Positions 24,059-38,419 of a stretch of DNA of 64,000 nt are shown here, one piece after another. Both the position numbers and the translations under genes were made by a program. The stretch's first letter is position 1. Every line of letters starts with the position of its first letter. The notes below the pieces were generated by a model. The model saw nothing but the letters and a program-made list of their open reading frames with translations. It made no database searches and was not told the origin of the DNA. This stretch comes from Vicugna vicugna (Eukaryota), in contig MU058844.1 of NCBI GenBank assembly GCA_013265495.1, positions 9,630,184-9,694,183 on the forward strand, read 5' to 3'.

Positions 24059-27000
24059 ATTCCCAGAAAAACCGGATGGATGCTTACAAGTATCTATTCA
24101 CAAATAGGGCAATGAACAGAGTGCAGGATATATAAAATAGACTTTTCTCTTTAAAAATAATTATAATGATTACAAATGTGGGGTTTGATGTTAGATCTAA
24201 GTTCTAGGCTCAACTCTGCCACTTGCTAATATTTGACCTGGGGTAAATTATGTAAACTTTCTAAGTCTCAATTAACTTGTCCATAAAATGGAGACAATAT
24301 TACCTTAGAGGATTGTTTTAATGATTAAAAGAATGTTAATAGACACTTAATATACAGTGTTTCATACATAGTCAACACTCAATACAATTTGATATTATTT
24401 AACTTTTGATTGAAGAAAAGAAAACACATCTATGTGTCACCTAAATAAGTCGTACTTTGCTTTTTTGTTTCCTCATGATCAACATTTTATATAATGTATT
24501 ATTACATAATATAAATTTTGTATTACATAATTTTAAGAATATAATACAATATCATGTATGTATTGCCTTTTTCAGTTAAAATATCACAAGAACATTTTTC
24601 CACGCTGCTAAACTAATGTTTAAAATATCTAAGATCTATGGAATGATTTTTCAGTGTTGTTTATCTTTTAAAAACTAAATGAATTGTGATATTCAGATGA
24701 TCCAAATTATAGTAGGGTCTGGCGTTACTAGCTTGCTAAGCTAAACAGATGTCTCTAGTATAGAATGGTTAGCCAAGTATTTTGTTACTGGCCTCCAACT
24801 GGCTGGTTATGACATATTGTCCAAAATAGTTTGTGCTTTAATGCCTATGTCAGAGCCTTCTGTGACAAATAGTCACCACTGTACAAACACATTCATTCCA
24901 TAAAGTTTTTCTACTGGCTTAGAAAAAAAAAGTTGTTTAATCAGACACACACACACTTCACACTTTTTCAGAAGCTTAGACATGTTTGCCTTCAGATAAT
25001 ACATGCTAGTTTTTAGGGTAGTAAAGGAAAGAAACATACCAAAAGTTAAAAATGCTTAAACTTTATATAATCTATTACTTTTTAAATTCAGGAATTACAT
25101 GTTTAAAGTGCCACTAGTCATACAGCAGTTTATCATGTTAAGTTTTATCTTCCCTGATTTCAAAATCTGGGCTAGATGTTGCGATTGGAAAAGCTATGCT
25201 ATATAATTTCACCGTGTAAGTATACTCTCTTTATTAAATCATTTATTTTTAATTTTCTTGTGTTTAAGTATAAATTATCATGATATTTAAGTTGTTTGAT
25301 ACAATAATGTTCCAAAATTGGTACTTTTAGAGTACAGAATAAAAAGTAGTTATATATATATTATTTTGTGAAATTATAACCATTATGCAATTCTGGAAAA
25401 AGAGAAGTGGCAGGCCCTGCATTGAAATGCTTTAAATAAATGATTTTATTACTTCTTCAGAATGTTTTACCAAGTATGATTTCTCTCCATTTTGAAGAGG
25501 GAGTAAAGCCAAGCAATGAGAAATTAATCTACTTGCCCAAGATCCTGTGCTTATAAATGAAATTCTGGCTCCTATAGCAGTGATTTGCATAATCAGAAAG
25601 AATTTCTTATTCTGAGCCTCCTTACAGTGACCAATAGAAGAGTAGTCTTCAGTGGAAAAAAAAAAAAACCTAGGAGCAAACTAACTTAGAGGACCTTTGA
25701 TTGTTTATCTGGCAACCTGTAGGATAACTTCCGTTTTTCTAGCAGAGTGGCCAAAAGAGCACTGTTGATAGCTGTTGGCTGAAATTTGGACCTGTGTTGT
25801 CCCATTGGGAAATAATGATGCAATGGTATTTTCCATGTGCAGTGCCACGTACAGGCAGCCTGTCCCAGAGGTCACAAAACTGATGCTCAAATTCAAATGC
25901 TCGAAACCCATGGTCTGTTTATTTAAAACTATACAGTAGGAAGCAAAGAGAAAGATAGAGTGGTTTAGCACATTTTAGATGGGGTAAAAGTGGCGTGTAG
26001 AGACCATACTGTCCAAGTCTTGATGGACACAGTGCACATATGTGCTGTCTTTCACCCTCCTCCATCAGTCTGTCCCACTTAGAGTAGTTACAAGGACTAG
26101 AATTGAGAGTGAGCAAGGATTTTCAGCAGATGGAAGGTGTCTGAACCAATACACAGTTCAACACGAGCAATACAGTATGCTCTATACACCCAGTCAAAAC
26201 CACGACTCCCCGACAATCTGCTGGGCATCTGTGGCTTTAATTTGTGTGGATGGACCAACCTGGATTTCACCAATGGGTGGGCAGTGTCAGACTTCTTGAA
26301 TATTGGGTGTCTCAGGCGTATTTGGTTATTTGATGCTTCATTGGCCGTCTAGCCCCTTCCTATGTTGACAAGCAGAGGCCGTAATGACTTTGTCTGTCTC
26401 TAACGTGTTTTCCAAGCCATTTGCCTTTATATTTAGTTTCATCTCTTCTCCTTGTTTGCTCCTCTTATACCCCATAGTAGGACTGAATATTCTTAAATAA
26501 CAGCAAATGTGTATTACATCTCCTTTCAGAATAGTTCTTTACATGTTTTCAAATAGAAATGCTATTCCTTGATGTTTTCTAGTTTCTTCCCTAATTTCTT
26601 TGAATTCTTTAACACAAATCTATCTTTATAAACATTGAATGATCTCTAATTTCTATTTGTCACTGCCCACCCCTTGTTCTTTGCTTCTATTTGAAAGTTG
26701 CAAAGAGGACAGTTCGGGCTTGAAAGTCTTTTCTTTCTCCAAATGGTGAGTACGTTTTGTTCCAAGAATTACCACATCGGCTGAGTGTAGAATTTCTATC
26801 TAAATTTGTTTCCAAGAAAACAGATGATCATATGCTTTTGGAGATCAGCAAAATAAGGTGCTTACATAGTCCACAATAAAACATTCTTTTCTACCAAACA
26901 CAGACTGAGGCGGATTGTGACAAGCATGACTCCTATATTTGATATTTGGTAAAGTATGAACTTTCTGTTTCATACAAACAAGGGCTCTATTAACATGGTT

Positions 27001-30000
27001 TCCTCAAGTCCACTTCTCACTTCCAGATCCTCTAGGAATTGACACCAACTGTCCGTTGTGACACTTGTTCATTAATTTCCTTTCAATAGAACTATTCTCC
27101 TCTCTCAGCTGTTGTAGCAGTTTAAGGTTTTACAAACTCTCCTGGTGCGGCCCTTTGTTGAGCATTCTTGCTAGGTTCAGGAGACTACGTAACACCAGAG
27201 CCCGAACGTGTGTCACGGAGTCATTAGCATAGTTTGCCACTTGTTCCATCATCTACTCTCAGAGAGGGGAGACTTTAGCTCGACCCCTTAAAAAGTGAAA
27301 AGGGCAAAATCAATTACTTCTCGCCAGCAAGACTTAACGGTCTTGATAGCAGCACATCTGTTGCAGTACTTCCTTTCCTAACGTCATCCTTTCACACACC
27401 TCACCTGACTGGAGCCAGGAGACCTCTAGTTGTAAACTTCTTACAGAAAATCTTTTTTTTTTTTCCTGATAGGGAGGCACATGCTGTGTGAAGGAGGTCA
27501 TTTCGCAGCCATGACTGAAAGCACTCACAGATCCCAGGAAACAGAATGACTGTGGTATCCCTTTATGAAATATGCACAACTTTGTTAATTTTTATTCCTG
27601 ATTGGGAAACCCCAGCATTTTGAAGATAACAGGGCATGCAAATGAATAACAAAAGGAATTGCTGTAGAAGAGTGTGTAGTGTCTATTTTGTAGTAAAACG
27701 AAGTGGGACCGTGCAGTGGTATGACTTTTCTACTGCACAACAAGCTCTCTTCTTGCGTGTCAGTTTTTGTTTTGGGTTAGTGAGAAGCGTCACATCACGA
27801 GGAAAGAATGCAGGAATCAAGGGTTGCTTTACACGTTACCAGTCTGTGGTGCTGTTCCCGGAAATTTTTGTATTTGAAGTTTGCCAAAAGGTAGCAAATT
27901 TTTGTGTGTGGTTGCTATGCTTAGAAATAATACGTGTAATAAACAATACTTACTGTTTTCATATTATTTTACCGGTTTTTCAGATCAACGAACATGGTTT
28001 AGTCCTTAGGATTTTGTTTTATCTTATGATATAATAACATTAAGAAAATATGCTGCTTTTTTTAAGAACTAAGTAATTTCAAAGTATTAATTCTTTAATG
28101 TTCCCTATAGGATCTTAAGACAGCTAGACTTCTTATGTTTCAAACTTTATTTTTCCTTCTTTGAGTATTTGGTATTTTTATATAACTTTCTAAAACTCCC
28201 ATAGCAGAATTTTTTCTTTAATCTTACCCATTTCAGTTCACCAAAAAGCTTATTTTTTTTTCTGACTTTGAAGAAAATCCCAGTCTTCTCTATGGAATAA
28301 GTTATCTTTTGAAGATTAAAGTGATGATTAAAATCAGCTTTTGGACATACGATAATACTATAACACTATTTTTGGCAGTGGTGTGTTACTTAAAAAGTTT
28401 TATAAATACATTATCTTGGCAATAACTTCAGCCACAGGGAAGAATGAAGCACGATCTTATAAGATCTTATAAGCTTAGTATGAGATTTCCTGAGGGTGCA
28501 GTAATTTAGCTTTACCTTCAGAAGTGGGCAGCGAGACTTTTCTGGGCCTCTGGGGCTTTTAATAGTCTTTCTAGAATAGAGGCAAATAATGGAGATGGGG
28601 GAGAAGGGAGATGCAGGGAGGAAAAGTGAGAGAGGAGAGGGAGAGGGAAAGCTGGAAGGGGAAATGTAGGGTCGTGAAATCATTCTGAGTTCAGAATTGA
28701 CCACTAGACCCATGAAAATCCACTCTTTAAAAATAAACAATGTTTTGAAAATCAAAGCATAATTTGGAGTTATTTAAAATGCTTAGTGTTACTGGATTGA
28801 TGCAGAGGTCTTAGGATAAAGCACATCTTTTTAATAGTATGTTTCCTTGGGAATAGAATTTGGTGAAAAAGCACAGAATTGCAGGAGGCTTGAAAGCACT
28901 TGATGTTCCTATTTCAAAGCTGATGACTGTAAAAAATACTCACAAGAGACTGTGCGTGGAGTATGGTCATCAAACAATTCCTGTTTTTCACAACTGTCTC
29001 TGTCACCTGTCTCATATTCATTACAAAATTTGCTTCTGTGATTATTCCTAACCGAGCGCTTATCACATTGCCCTCTAACGCTTGTCTGTTCATATCATCC
29101 ACTCTGTAGGGCAGAGCTATGTAATCATCAGCACTTAGAAGACCATCTGGTGGAAAACAGGTACTATGTAATCTTTGCTGAGTGATAATTGTCAAAACCC
29201 TCATTCATCTTCTCTGAGATGAAGTGGCATTTCCCCTTATTAGATACTTATTTCTACTATTTCTGTGTCTATTTGGGATTTGTTTAGATTTATTGGTGCT
29301 TTGCCCAAAACATTGTGAATCTAGATCAGTGCAAGATATAATGTTCATTTTTTTTTTGGTAGAAGTTCCTAGAAATGTTATGGGATAAGAGGCACTCTAC
29401 TCAAAAAAACAAAAACAAAAACAACAACAAAAAAAAACCCCACATTTTATAGCAAGATTTATTTTGGGAGCTAAAATGGCTAAGCCTTAGATACTCAGTC
29501 AAAGTAATTAATTGCTAAGCCTGGCTGTCACAACAAAATTAAAGTACACCAATTTGAATTCAGGGACTCATGCTGTGTTTATAAGAAGAGAGCATGATGG
29601 CTGTTTGTTTTAAAAGCATTCATGGGTTACTTGTTCCTGGTCACCCAGCTCCTGAATGCCTGGTTATCCTCGTCGTTCCTGGCCTCCACGTCAGCGACAG
29701 TCACTCTGTCACCCAGCTGGCCCTGAGAGTGAAAGCCTTAGGACACGTGGTTACTTTACTCTCGGCTCCTGTTCTGGACGCTCTCCAGAAGCTGCTCTGT
29801 GCTGCCACCTTTCCACGCCCTGAACCCTGCTGGCTCAGGGTTTCCTGCGTACCTGCAGCTAGAACAGTATGGAACCCAGCTTTGGAACCAGGAATTTAAC
29901 TCCCCTCTTTGTATCCTTCAACTTTCCTCTCCATAAAGCCTTGGCTTTATAGTAATAACAGTATTTTAATTTACCTTAAAATAACTTAAATATGTAAAAC

Positions 30001-30984
30001 ATTTTTTAGTCCAGTAAATTCTCACTTAAAAAATGGTGTCTTAAATGTTACATACTGTCACCCATTTGTAAGAGGATTTTGAAATGATCATAGTAGGCGC
30101 TGTTGAAATAATCACGCCCCAGTAAACTTCTTAGAAAAGAACCCATAATAGTGGAACATTCAGTAGAGCAGGCCTCTCCTTTCAAGTGACTTTATTTAGC
30201 AGATTTTTGAATGGATTCACTTATTAAATATTTTTTGAAAATTACATGTAATTCAAACCCAGACTTTGAAAGCAAAATGGTCATTCTTCTAGCCAGTACC
30301 ATAAACTTCCCTATTATCTTATTAGGTATCTCCATGAAATCTTGATGCATTTCTTTTGGTGACCATGACCAAAAAAAAAAAAAAAAAAAAGGAATGGAAG
30401 GCACCATTTCAAATTGTTAATAATAGTTATCTTTAGGTACTAGAATTTTTGTATAAAATTATAAAAAGATTTTTCTGTAATTAAAAAAATCTATAATCAG
30501 CATATTATAGTTTTGCAATGAGAAAACCAAATGATGTTTAAGAAAATCAAAAGTAGGGACTTCGGCACAACTAGAACTGGTATGTCAGGCAAATAATAAC
30601 AGAGTCCCAATGTTTAGGACGGGAAACAAGACCTGTACCATATTTGCAGCAAAGTTCTCTTGATGCGGACTCAGAAATACTGAAAGAAAATACCTAAAAA
30701 CTCAATCTTCCCAGAGTTTGGGGGTGAGGCTGACCTTTCTAGTTAAATTGAATTGCTTCCGATATACAGAGATGAGGATTGTGGGAGCTGGAAACCAAGT
30801 AGCTTTCCCCAAATGAGAAGCTTCAATTATCTGGTAAATTCAATTATGTGAATAGTCTTTTCCAATTATTGCAGATTATGTTATATGCTATTTTAATTCA
30901 ATTTATTGGACTGGGAAGTAAGGTTACTCAAAGTAGCCCAATAGTCTAAACTTCAGGGTTTCTTTTTTCTCATGAATGCCATAT

Positions 30985-32520
30985 TTTTTATTGAGATACA
31001 ATTGCATGCGATAAAATTCACCCTTTTAAAGTGGCCGAGAGTATTTTCACAAAGTTGTACAGTCATCACCACTAGTTTCATCACCCCAAGAAAAAACTCG
31101 GTATTCATTAGCAGTCACTTCCCACTTCCCACTCAGTCGCTCGGACCCAGAACCACTAAGTCGCTTTCTACAGATATTCCTATTCTGGATAGTTCATATA
31201 AATCGAACAATTACAATATGTGGCTTTTTATGTCTGGCTTCTTTTGAAGCCGTGGGTGAAATCCACTTCACCTGCCTTTCCTAATCCAGGTTTTAAGACT
31301 AAGGTACTAAGATGTAGCCTAAAAAATAAGATGCTTGCCCGGGTTGTTTGCCAGGACTTGGAGTCAGCTGTGTCTAGTTGAGGCTGAGCCGAGTCAGCTG
31401 TGTCTCATTGGAGCTGAGTTGGTTAGGACTGGGTAGGACCACCCATCCTCGAACCAGGCAAGCGCGAACATCCCCTCGTGACGTTCTGAACGTGCAGCCG
31501 CTTGTAGCTTAGTTACGCCTGCGCAGGAGAAGGATTATCGCAACTTTTCCCAATCACCTTTCCTCGCTCACCGTGCCCCAAACAGCGCTGCCTCTTCTTT
31601 CCCATGAATACCCGCGCCCTTTGCCTTCCCGAAGCAGGTTTGGGATGTCTTCTCCCATCTCCTCGCTTTGCTGCAAACCTCGGCGTCTCACCGCTTTGGC
31701 TTGCTGCACATCGGGCAAAAGAAACCAGGTTAGTAACACCTTTCCTTAGCATAAAGTCATCAGTGTTAAGCTGTGTTGTAGCATGAATAAGTACTTTATT
31801 CACTTTTGCGGCTGAATAATATTCCATTGTTTGAATATACCATATTTTGTTTTTCCGTTTTTTGGCCACTATGAATATTTTATGGCTATAAAAACTTAAA
31901 TACAAGGGTTTGTGTGGAGCCATACTGATGTTTAGTTTGTTTGAATTGGTACCAAAATAAAGTCCACATGGTGATATTAGTTGATAAATCTTTTAAATCT
32001 CTGTAGGTTCGTCCTCTGCAGCTTTGTTTAATTTTTTCAGTTTGTTGAAGAAATTGAGTCATTTGTCCTGTGCAGTTTCCAAAGATTTGAATTTTGCTGA
32101 TTGTGTCCTTTTGGCATAATTTCACATGTTTTTCTAACGTCTGTAGTTTCATTAATTGGTAACTGAGTGTGGAGGCTTGTTGAGATTCAGACTTGGTGGG
32201 GGAGGGGGCTGGTAGGATTATATTATGGGTAGTCTGATTCTACAAGCATCTGGTTGTCTTTTTTTGATGTTAGCCATTGATGATCATTGCCGATATCCAT
32301 TAAGGAATGAGAAGTAGTGATAGTCTAATTCTGTCAAATTTGTCCTCAACTATATTGTTACTGCATCATTTGGTTTCTATGTAAAAAGGATAAAATGCTT
32401 GAATGTTTCCCTTTATTTACTAGTTTTCTATATGAATTGCTTAATTATCATTTGTGGGCTTTAAAAATGAACTCATGGATTAGACATATTTAGTATATTC
32501 TAATCCATTGGAGTTATTAT
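30985..32520 (-). mobile_element. Old L1M (L1MB/L1MC-like) 3' fragments flanking the LTR
   Basis: Typical L1M 3'UTR text (ttttattgagatacaatt...cataaaattcacc, gctgaataatattccattgt); degenerate ORF KNKIWYIQTMEYYSA. Confidence 0.7.
31245..31738 (+). mobile_element. ERV1-class solo LTR (MER41-like), inserted into an older L1
   Basis: TG...CA termini (TGAAGC...GTAACA), near-TSD tcttt/ccttt, CpG-rich. It interrupts an L1M 3'UTR that continues on both sides (tgtctggcttcttt | ccttagcataa). Family assignment from recall. Confidence 0.75.
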
Positions 32521-32664
32521 TCTTTTTTAAAGTAATACTTCAATTAAAAAAATAAGTTTCTGTATTTCGGCTGGAACACCTAAATAGAATTTTTGACCTT
32601 CATTATATTAGCTGATTGATATTTCTTTTGAAATGGAGTCCTCTTATTTAGTTTTTTTAAACTT

Positions 32665-34672
32665 ATTTTTTAAATTGAAGTATAGTTGATTTACAATGTT
32701 ACAGTTTCTGGTATACAATAAAGTAATTCAGTTAGATGTATATGCTTTTTCTGATTCTTTTCCATTTGTTACATGTTTGTTGCATTATAGTTATAGTTCC
32801 TGTGCTATACAGTAGGACCTTGTTATTTATCTATTTTACATGTAGTAGTTTGTATCTGATAATCCCAAACTCCCAATTTATACCCACCTGCCCCCTTTCT
32901 CGTTTGGTAACCATAAGATTGTTTTCTATGTCTGTGAGTCCATTTCTGTTTTGTAAGTAAATTCCTTTGTATCATTTTTTTAGACTCCACATATAAGTGA
33001 TACCATATTTGTCTTTCCCTGAGTTAGTAAGATAATCTCTGGGTCCACCCATGTAGCTGCAAATGGCATTATTTCAGTCTTTTTTATGGCTGAATAATAA
33101 TCCATTGTATATGTATACACACACAACTTTTTTATCCGCTCATCTCTTGATGGACATTTAGACTGTTTCCATGTCTTGGGTATTGGAAATAGTGCTGCTG
33201 TGAACATTGGGGTGCATGTATCTTTTCAAATTAGAGTTTTCTCTGGATATATATCCAGGAGTGGGATTGCTGGATCATATGGTAACTATTTTTAATTTTT
33301 AAGGAATCTCCATGATGTTTNNNNNNNNNNNNNNNNNNNNNNACATTCCCACGTGTTAGGAGGGTTCCCTTTTCTCCACACCCTCTCCAGCATTTATTAT
33401 TTGTAGATTTTTTAATGATGGCCATTCTGACAGATATGACATGATACCTCATTGTAGTTTTGATTTGCGTTTCTCTGATAGTTAGCAGTGTTGAGCATCT
33501 TTTCATTTACCTATTGGTCATTTGTGCCTCCTCTTTGGAGAAATGTCTTTTTAGGTCTTCTGCTCATTTTTTGATTGGGCTGGTTTGTTGTTGTTGTTGA
33601 GCTGTATGAACTGTTTATATATATTGGAAATTAATACCTTGTTGGTCACACCATTTGCAAATATTTTCTCCCAGTCGTGTGTTGTCTTTTCATTTTATTT
33701 ATGGTTTAGTTTGCTGTGCAAAAGTTTATAAGTTTGATTAGGTCTCATTTGTTTATCTTTGCTTTTATTTCTGTTGCCTTAGGAGACTGACCTAAGAAAA
33801 CATTGTTATGGTTTATGTCAGAGGATGTTTTGCCTGTGTTCTCTTTAGGAGGTTTATGATATTCTGTCTTACGCTTGTCTTTAATCCATTTTGAGTTTAT
33901 TTTTGTGTCTGGTGAGAGGGGAGTGTTCTAACTTCACTGATTTACATGTGGCTCTCCAGCTTTCCCAGCACCATTTGCTGAAGAGACTGTCTTTTCTCCA
34001 TTATGTACTCTTGCCTCCTTTGTTGAAGATTTACTGACTGTAGGTGTGTGGGCTTGTTTCTGGGCTCTCTACTCTGTTCCATTGATCTATATGCCTTTTT
34101 TTGTGCCAATACCACACTGTTGTGATTTTTGTATCTTTGTAGTATTACTCTTTTTCCTCAGTATGGCTTTGGCAATTCTGGGTCTTTTGTGATTTCATAT
34201 AAATTTTAGGATTATTTGTTCTAGTTTTGTGGAAAAAAATGTCCTGAGTAATTTGTAGATTGCTTGGGTAGTATGGCCATTTTAACAATACTAATTCTTC
34301 CAATCCAAGTGCATGGGATTTCTTTCCATTTCTTTGAATCATCTTCAGGTTCCTTTATCAATGTTTTATAGTTCTAAGCAGATAAGTCTTTCTCCTCCTT
34401 GGTTAGTTTTTTCCCTAAGTATTTTGTTTTTTGATGTGATTTTTGAAAGTGATTTTTAAAATTTTCCTTTTCTGATATTACATTGTTTGTGTCAAAGAAA
34501 TGCAACATACTACTGTATGTTAATCTTCTATCCTACTGCCTTGGCTGAATTCATTGATCAGTTCTTGTAGTTTTTGTGTGGAGACTTCAGGGTTTTGTAT
34601 ATATAGTATCATGTCATCTGCGTATAATGACAGTTTTACCTCTTTCTTTCCAATTTGGATACCTTTTATTTC
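32665..34672 (-). mobile_element. 5'-truncated L1 (ORF2 C-terminal part plus 3'UTR), disrupted
   Basis: ORF2 peptides [32 protein letters not shown]...[29 protein letters not shown]; frameshifted; possible TSD TTTAAACTT at 32656-32664 and 34673-34681. Confidence 0.93.
33321..33342. other. Assembly gap (22 N) inside an L1
   Basis: Run of n characters. Confidence 1.
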
Positions 34673-35768
34673 TTTAAACTTCAGATTTTGTTTCTGGGAC
34701 ATACATCTCTGAATTCTTACAAATTGTGAAGAAAATGTAAATGTTTCACTTGGCGGTGGTATGATCCACTGGGCATTAGAAGCTGGATGAGTGATTATCC
34801 TGAGAAGGTGAAATTATTTATGATCTTTAAAGGGAAATAAGAGCATGGAACATCCTAAGATCTATTTGCTTCGAAATTCATTTTGATTTATGATGAGGGA
34901 GTTAAATTTAACATGATTTCATTTTTTTCCCTGGCAGCCAATTTCCCTACATCATTAACTGAAGTAATATCTTTTCTCCCTTGGTGGGTGATATTTCCTT
35001 ACTGACATATTAAAATCTTATAACATGACCTGTATTTAGAAAACTTGTCTGTTTTATTAGGTATTATTTGCTTCTCATATTAGTTACACACTTTAAATTT
35101 ATTTAGATGATAAAATCTTAACACGTGAAAGGGAAATTCTCTCCTCATCACTCTTATTACTCAAAAAAGTTTAGCCTATTTCTCACTCTTCCAGTTGAAC
35201 TTAAGATGTTTTCATAAATATTAAATAATCTAATGCTATTTAAGATTTTTAAATTGGCATGTTAAACCTATGAAGTAATTTGAGAAGAACCATAGTAGGC
35301 TTCTCCTACCAAAAAATTTAATCAGATTTTCGATTTCCCTGTTTCACAGTTTTCTTCAGAAATGACGTATAAGTTTAGCTTCTTGGTATTTTGTTTCGGG
35401 TTTTATGAGTAAATTACTTTTTGTTCTCACAATATATCTTCTCATTAATTGGTTATTTTGAATATTTTTTGGTCACTTGTATTAGAGAATTTCTTATTAA
35501 AGTTTTTCAGTCTACTTATTTGTATCTTCTAGGTGTGCAGTATTTTTGTATTGAATAATGGCAATTTTGACTTCTGTTATTTTTGTTTGCCTTATTGCTT
35601 TGGTTAAATTAGCAGTATACATTTTTAGTACCTGATTTTGATAAAATCTATCTCTGAAGTCTCTCTAGTATCCTAGTTATTTAAAGCATGTATGTATGTG
35701 TATGTTTCATGCAGTTACTATTTATTTAGCACTCATGTGCACACTGAAGGGGTGATTGGGATAGAGAT

Positions 35769-35770
<2 letters not shown>

Positions 35771-35804
<34 letters not shown>
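35771..35804. repeat. (GT)17 microsatellite
   Basis: Direct reading. Confidence 0.95.
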
Positions 35805-35808
<4 letters not shown>

Positions 35809-38419
35809 ATCATTATCACTCTCTCTACCTGTCAACTCATCTGTCACCTATCTATCTATGCATGCATCTGCCTATCCATCTGGCCATATCTATCTTCAGA
35901 AAGTGAAGGATCATTGAACCCTTCCTGAGTCTACTTTGTGTCTGTCCCTGAGGAATTGAGGCGCCTCTGAGTCCAGCTGGCCAGTAGGACCCTGCTCCCT
36001 GATGAGCCACTTCCCTGCCTCTGGCTTTTCTTGGATCTGTGTAGGGCCAGTTCCTGGATTCTCTAGCTCTGCTCCACCTGCCTGTTATGATATGCTGCCT
36101 CTTACTAGTCCACCCTCGTGTGTCCTGCTAGCCTGATTTGCCACCTGTTGCTCGTTACTGTCCTCTCTGGCCCTGGTGTCTGCCTCCCTGCGTGTACATA
36201 TTGGCAGCTGAATCCAGACCTGCCTCTGCATCTCCGGCACCTGTCTCACCTCGTGGACTATTTGTTCCAAGTTTCTTCTGAAACTGCCTCTCCCTGCTTT
36301 TTTAGTCTAGTTAGTCTTGGTGAGGGCTTAAAGTATGTTAAACCCATTCCTGTCTCCTTAAGGAGTAAATATAATGTTTTTTTTAATTTGTTTTCTCAAA
36401 GAGGACTTTATAATATTGTAATGGCTATTGAAATATGTTGAATTTCAGTAAGTGATCTTGAAATTATGTGTTGAGGGCTTTTATGCTTTTAATAGAAAGG
36501 TATGTATGTGTGTGTGCACACACACACAATGTAAGGATATAAACCATTAATTTTTCTGTTTAACAAACTGCTGTGAACTGTGAAACCACATTTGTTGAAG
36601 TGTCCATAATGTAAGGAAAAAAAGACTGTTGATGAACTATTTTTCATAAGTTGTCCAATTGTACAGAATTCCTTTCTGTCACCTTCAGTTGTTTAAAGCT
36701 GTTTTGCATTCTATTAAGATCTTGGTTTCATTCTGGGTAACCGTTGATCCTGAACAATTACTATGTGCCCATTTCCCCTGCTCCCCCACCTTTATTTATC
36801 TTTGATCCAGTCATGTTTGATCCCTGATGGAAAAGACATTTTAGCAAGTGTGGTTGGGCAGGAAAATACACTGTCACATAGGCAGCATTATTTTACTTCT
36901 TCTAAGGTATGCTTTTCAGTTTCACGTATTGGTCCAAGTTCATCTCATATATAAGATACTATGCCCAATGCAGCGAAGTTAAAATCACGAGAAAAACTTA
37001 GTCTTTGCTCACAACCGGCTAGTGAGTGGAGAATGCCAGCAGAGGGTAAGAGCTATGGAGGAAAATGCAGGAGCCAGAGCATGGTATTGGAATGTGGTGG
37101 GTGTGTGTCAGTAGGCAGCAAGCGTTCTGGTTTGGTTTAGGTCTGGAAAACTAGAATGAGACTGTGGGAAGGGCATTTTTTTTTTCTTTTACGTGTTTAA
37201 TATGCAATGAAGGGCTACCAAACGGATCTGTAAAATGACCAGAGCTGACAGCTAGGGAGATGAATCTGGCAAGAAGTTGCAGAGAATTGAAAAAACAAAT
37301 AAATAATACAGCTTGGTTGGGATCAAGTATTTACTGGAGGAGGCAGCAAATATAGAAAGAATATCACACTAGCGACCTGAATTCAAAGGCTAGCAGTACC
37401 ACTGGCTGATATCATGAGATGAATAATTTGCATAAAGGGCTTATTTTGGATGGTTTCTGGAAACTTCTGTTTTTGATGGGAGTAATTAGAGTTCACGTGC
37501 ACGCTCTACATCCAAGCAGGTGATATCAAAGTTATACCCTATACTCTGTAGGTCACACAGTGGCTTATGGTGACTAATACTATAAACTCTGAAATCAGAT
37601 TTCCAATTTTAGCTCTAGGTCATAGCACCTACTTGCAAGAATTGTCAGGCGATTAATTAATATTTGTAAAATCCTTAGAAGAGTGCCTGGCACATAGTAA
37701 TGATTTGATAAAGTTATTAATTATAATAAATAAAATTGTAAGTCTACCTCATGCAGATGATTCATATCACAATTGTCAGTGTATTCCTTAAAATAATTCT
37801 GATGTCACAGCCCAGGGAGCGGGTGTTGGCCCTGTTAGCATGCATCAGCTTTATGAATGTGCTGCCCTGAGGCTAACGGGGCTCTGTATTCCTGTACAAG
37901 AGTCCAGCGTGTGAATTCATCATGTCTTCCACAGCAGTTCACCTGGTTATAAATACTAAGTGAATAAGAACTTGGTGAATTCTGTGGAAAGCACTTGTAG
38001 TGTGTCAAGTTTTATTTTTAACGTTGGAAACACCAATTGTTAGTGTTTTGGGAATGTAGTAAATAAGTAACTATTTCTCTCCATATTGCCCTCATTCAAG
38101 TGAGAGAGCAGGACACTTTGATTAGTGAAAATAATCCATAAACATTTAAGTCATTGTATTAAATTACTAACATTTAAATTATACTCATGCTTTTAAAATC
38201 ATGAAATACTTCAAACACAGAAAATATTGAAATCATTTATTTAAAATTATTTATTAAATTATTAAATATATAAAATTATACATTAGATATGTATAGCATA
38301 TAATACAAAATTATACTTATATAGAATATATCAGTAATATATACATAAAATAATAATTATTTAAATGTTTTTACTCATTACTTAATGTTAAATCTTTGTT
38401 GCCATATATGCTTTAAATA

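Noticed and set aside
31599..31633. Interferon-gamma GAS motif in the MER41-like LTR
   Set aside because: Only TTC-N4-GAA and TTC-N2-GAA are present, not the canonical TTC-N3-GAA.
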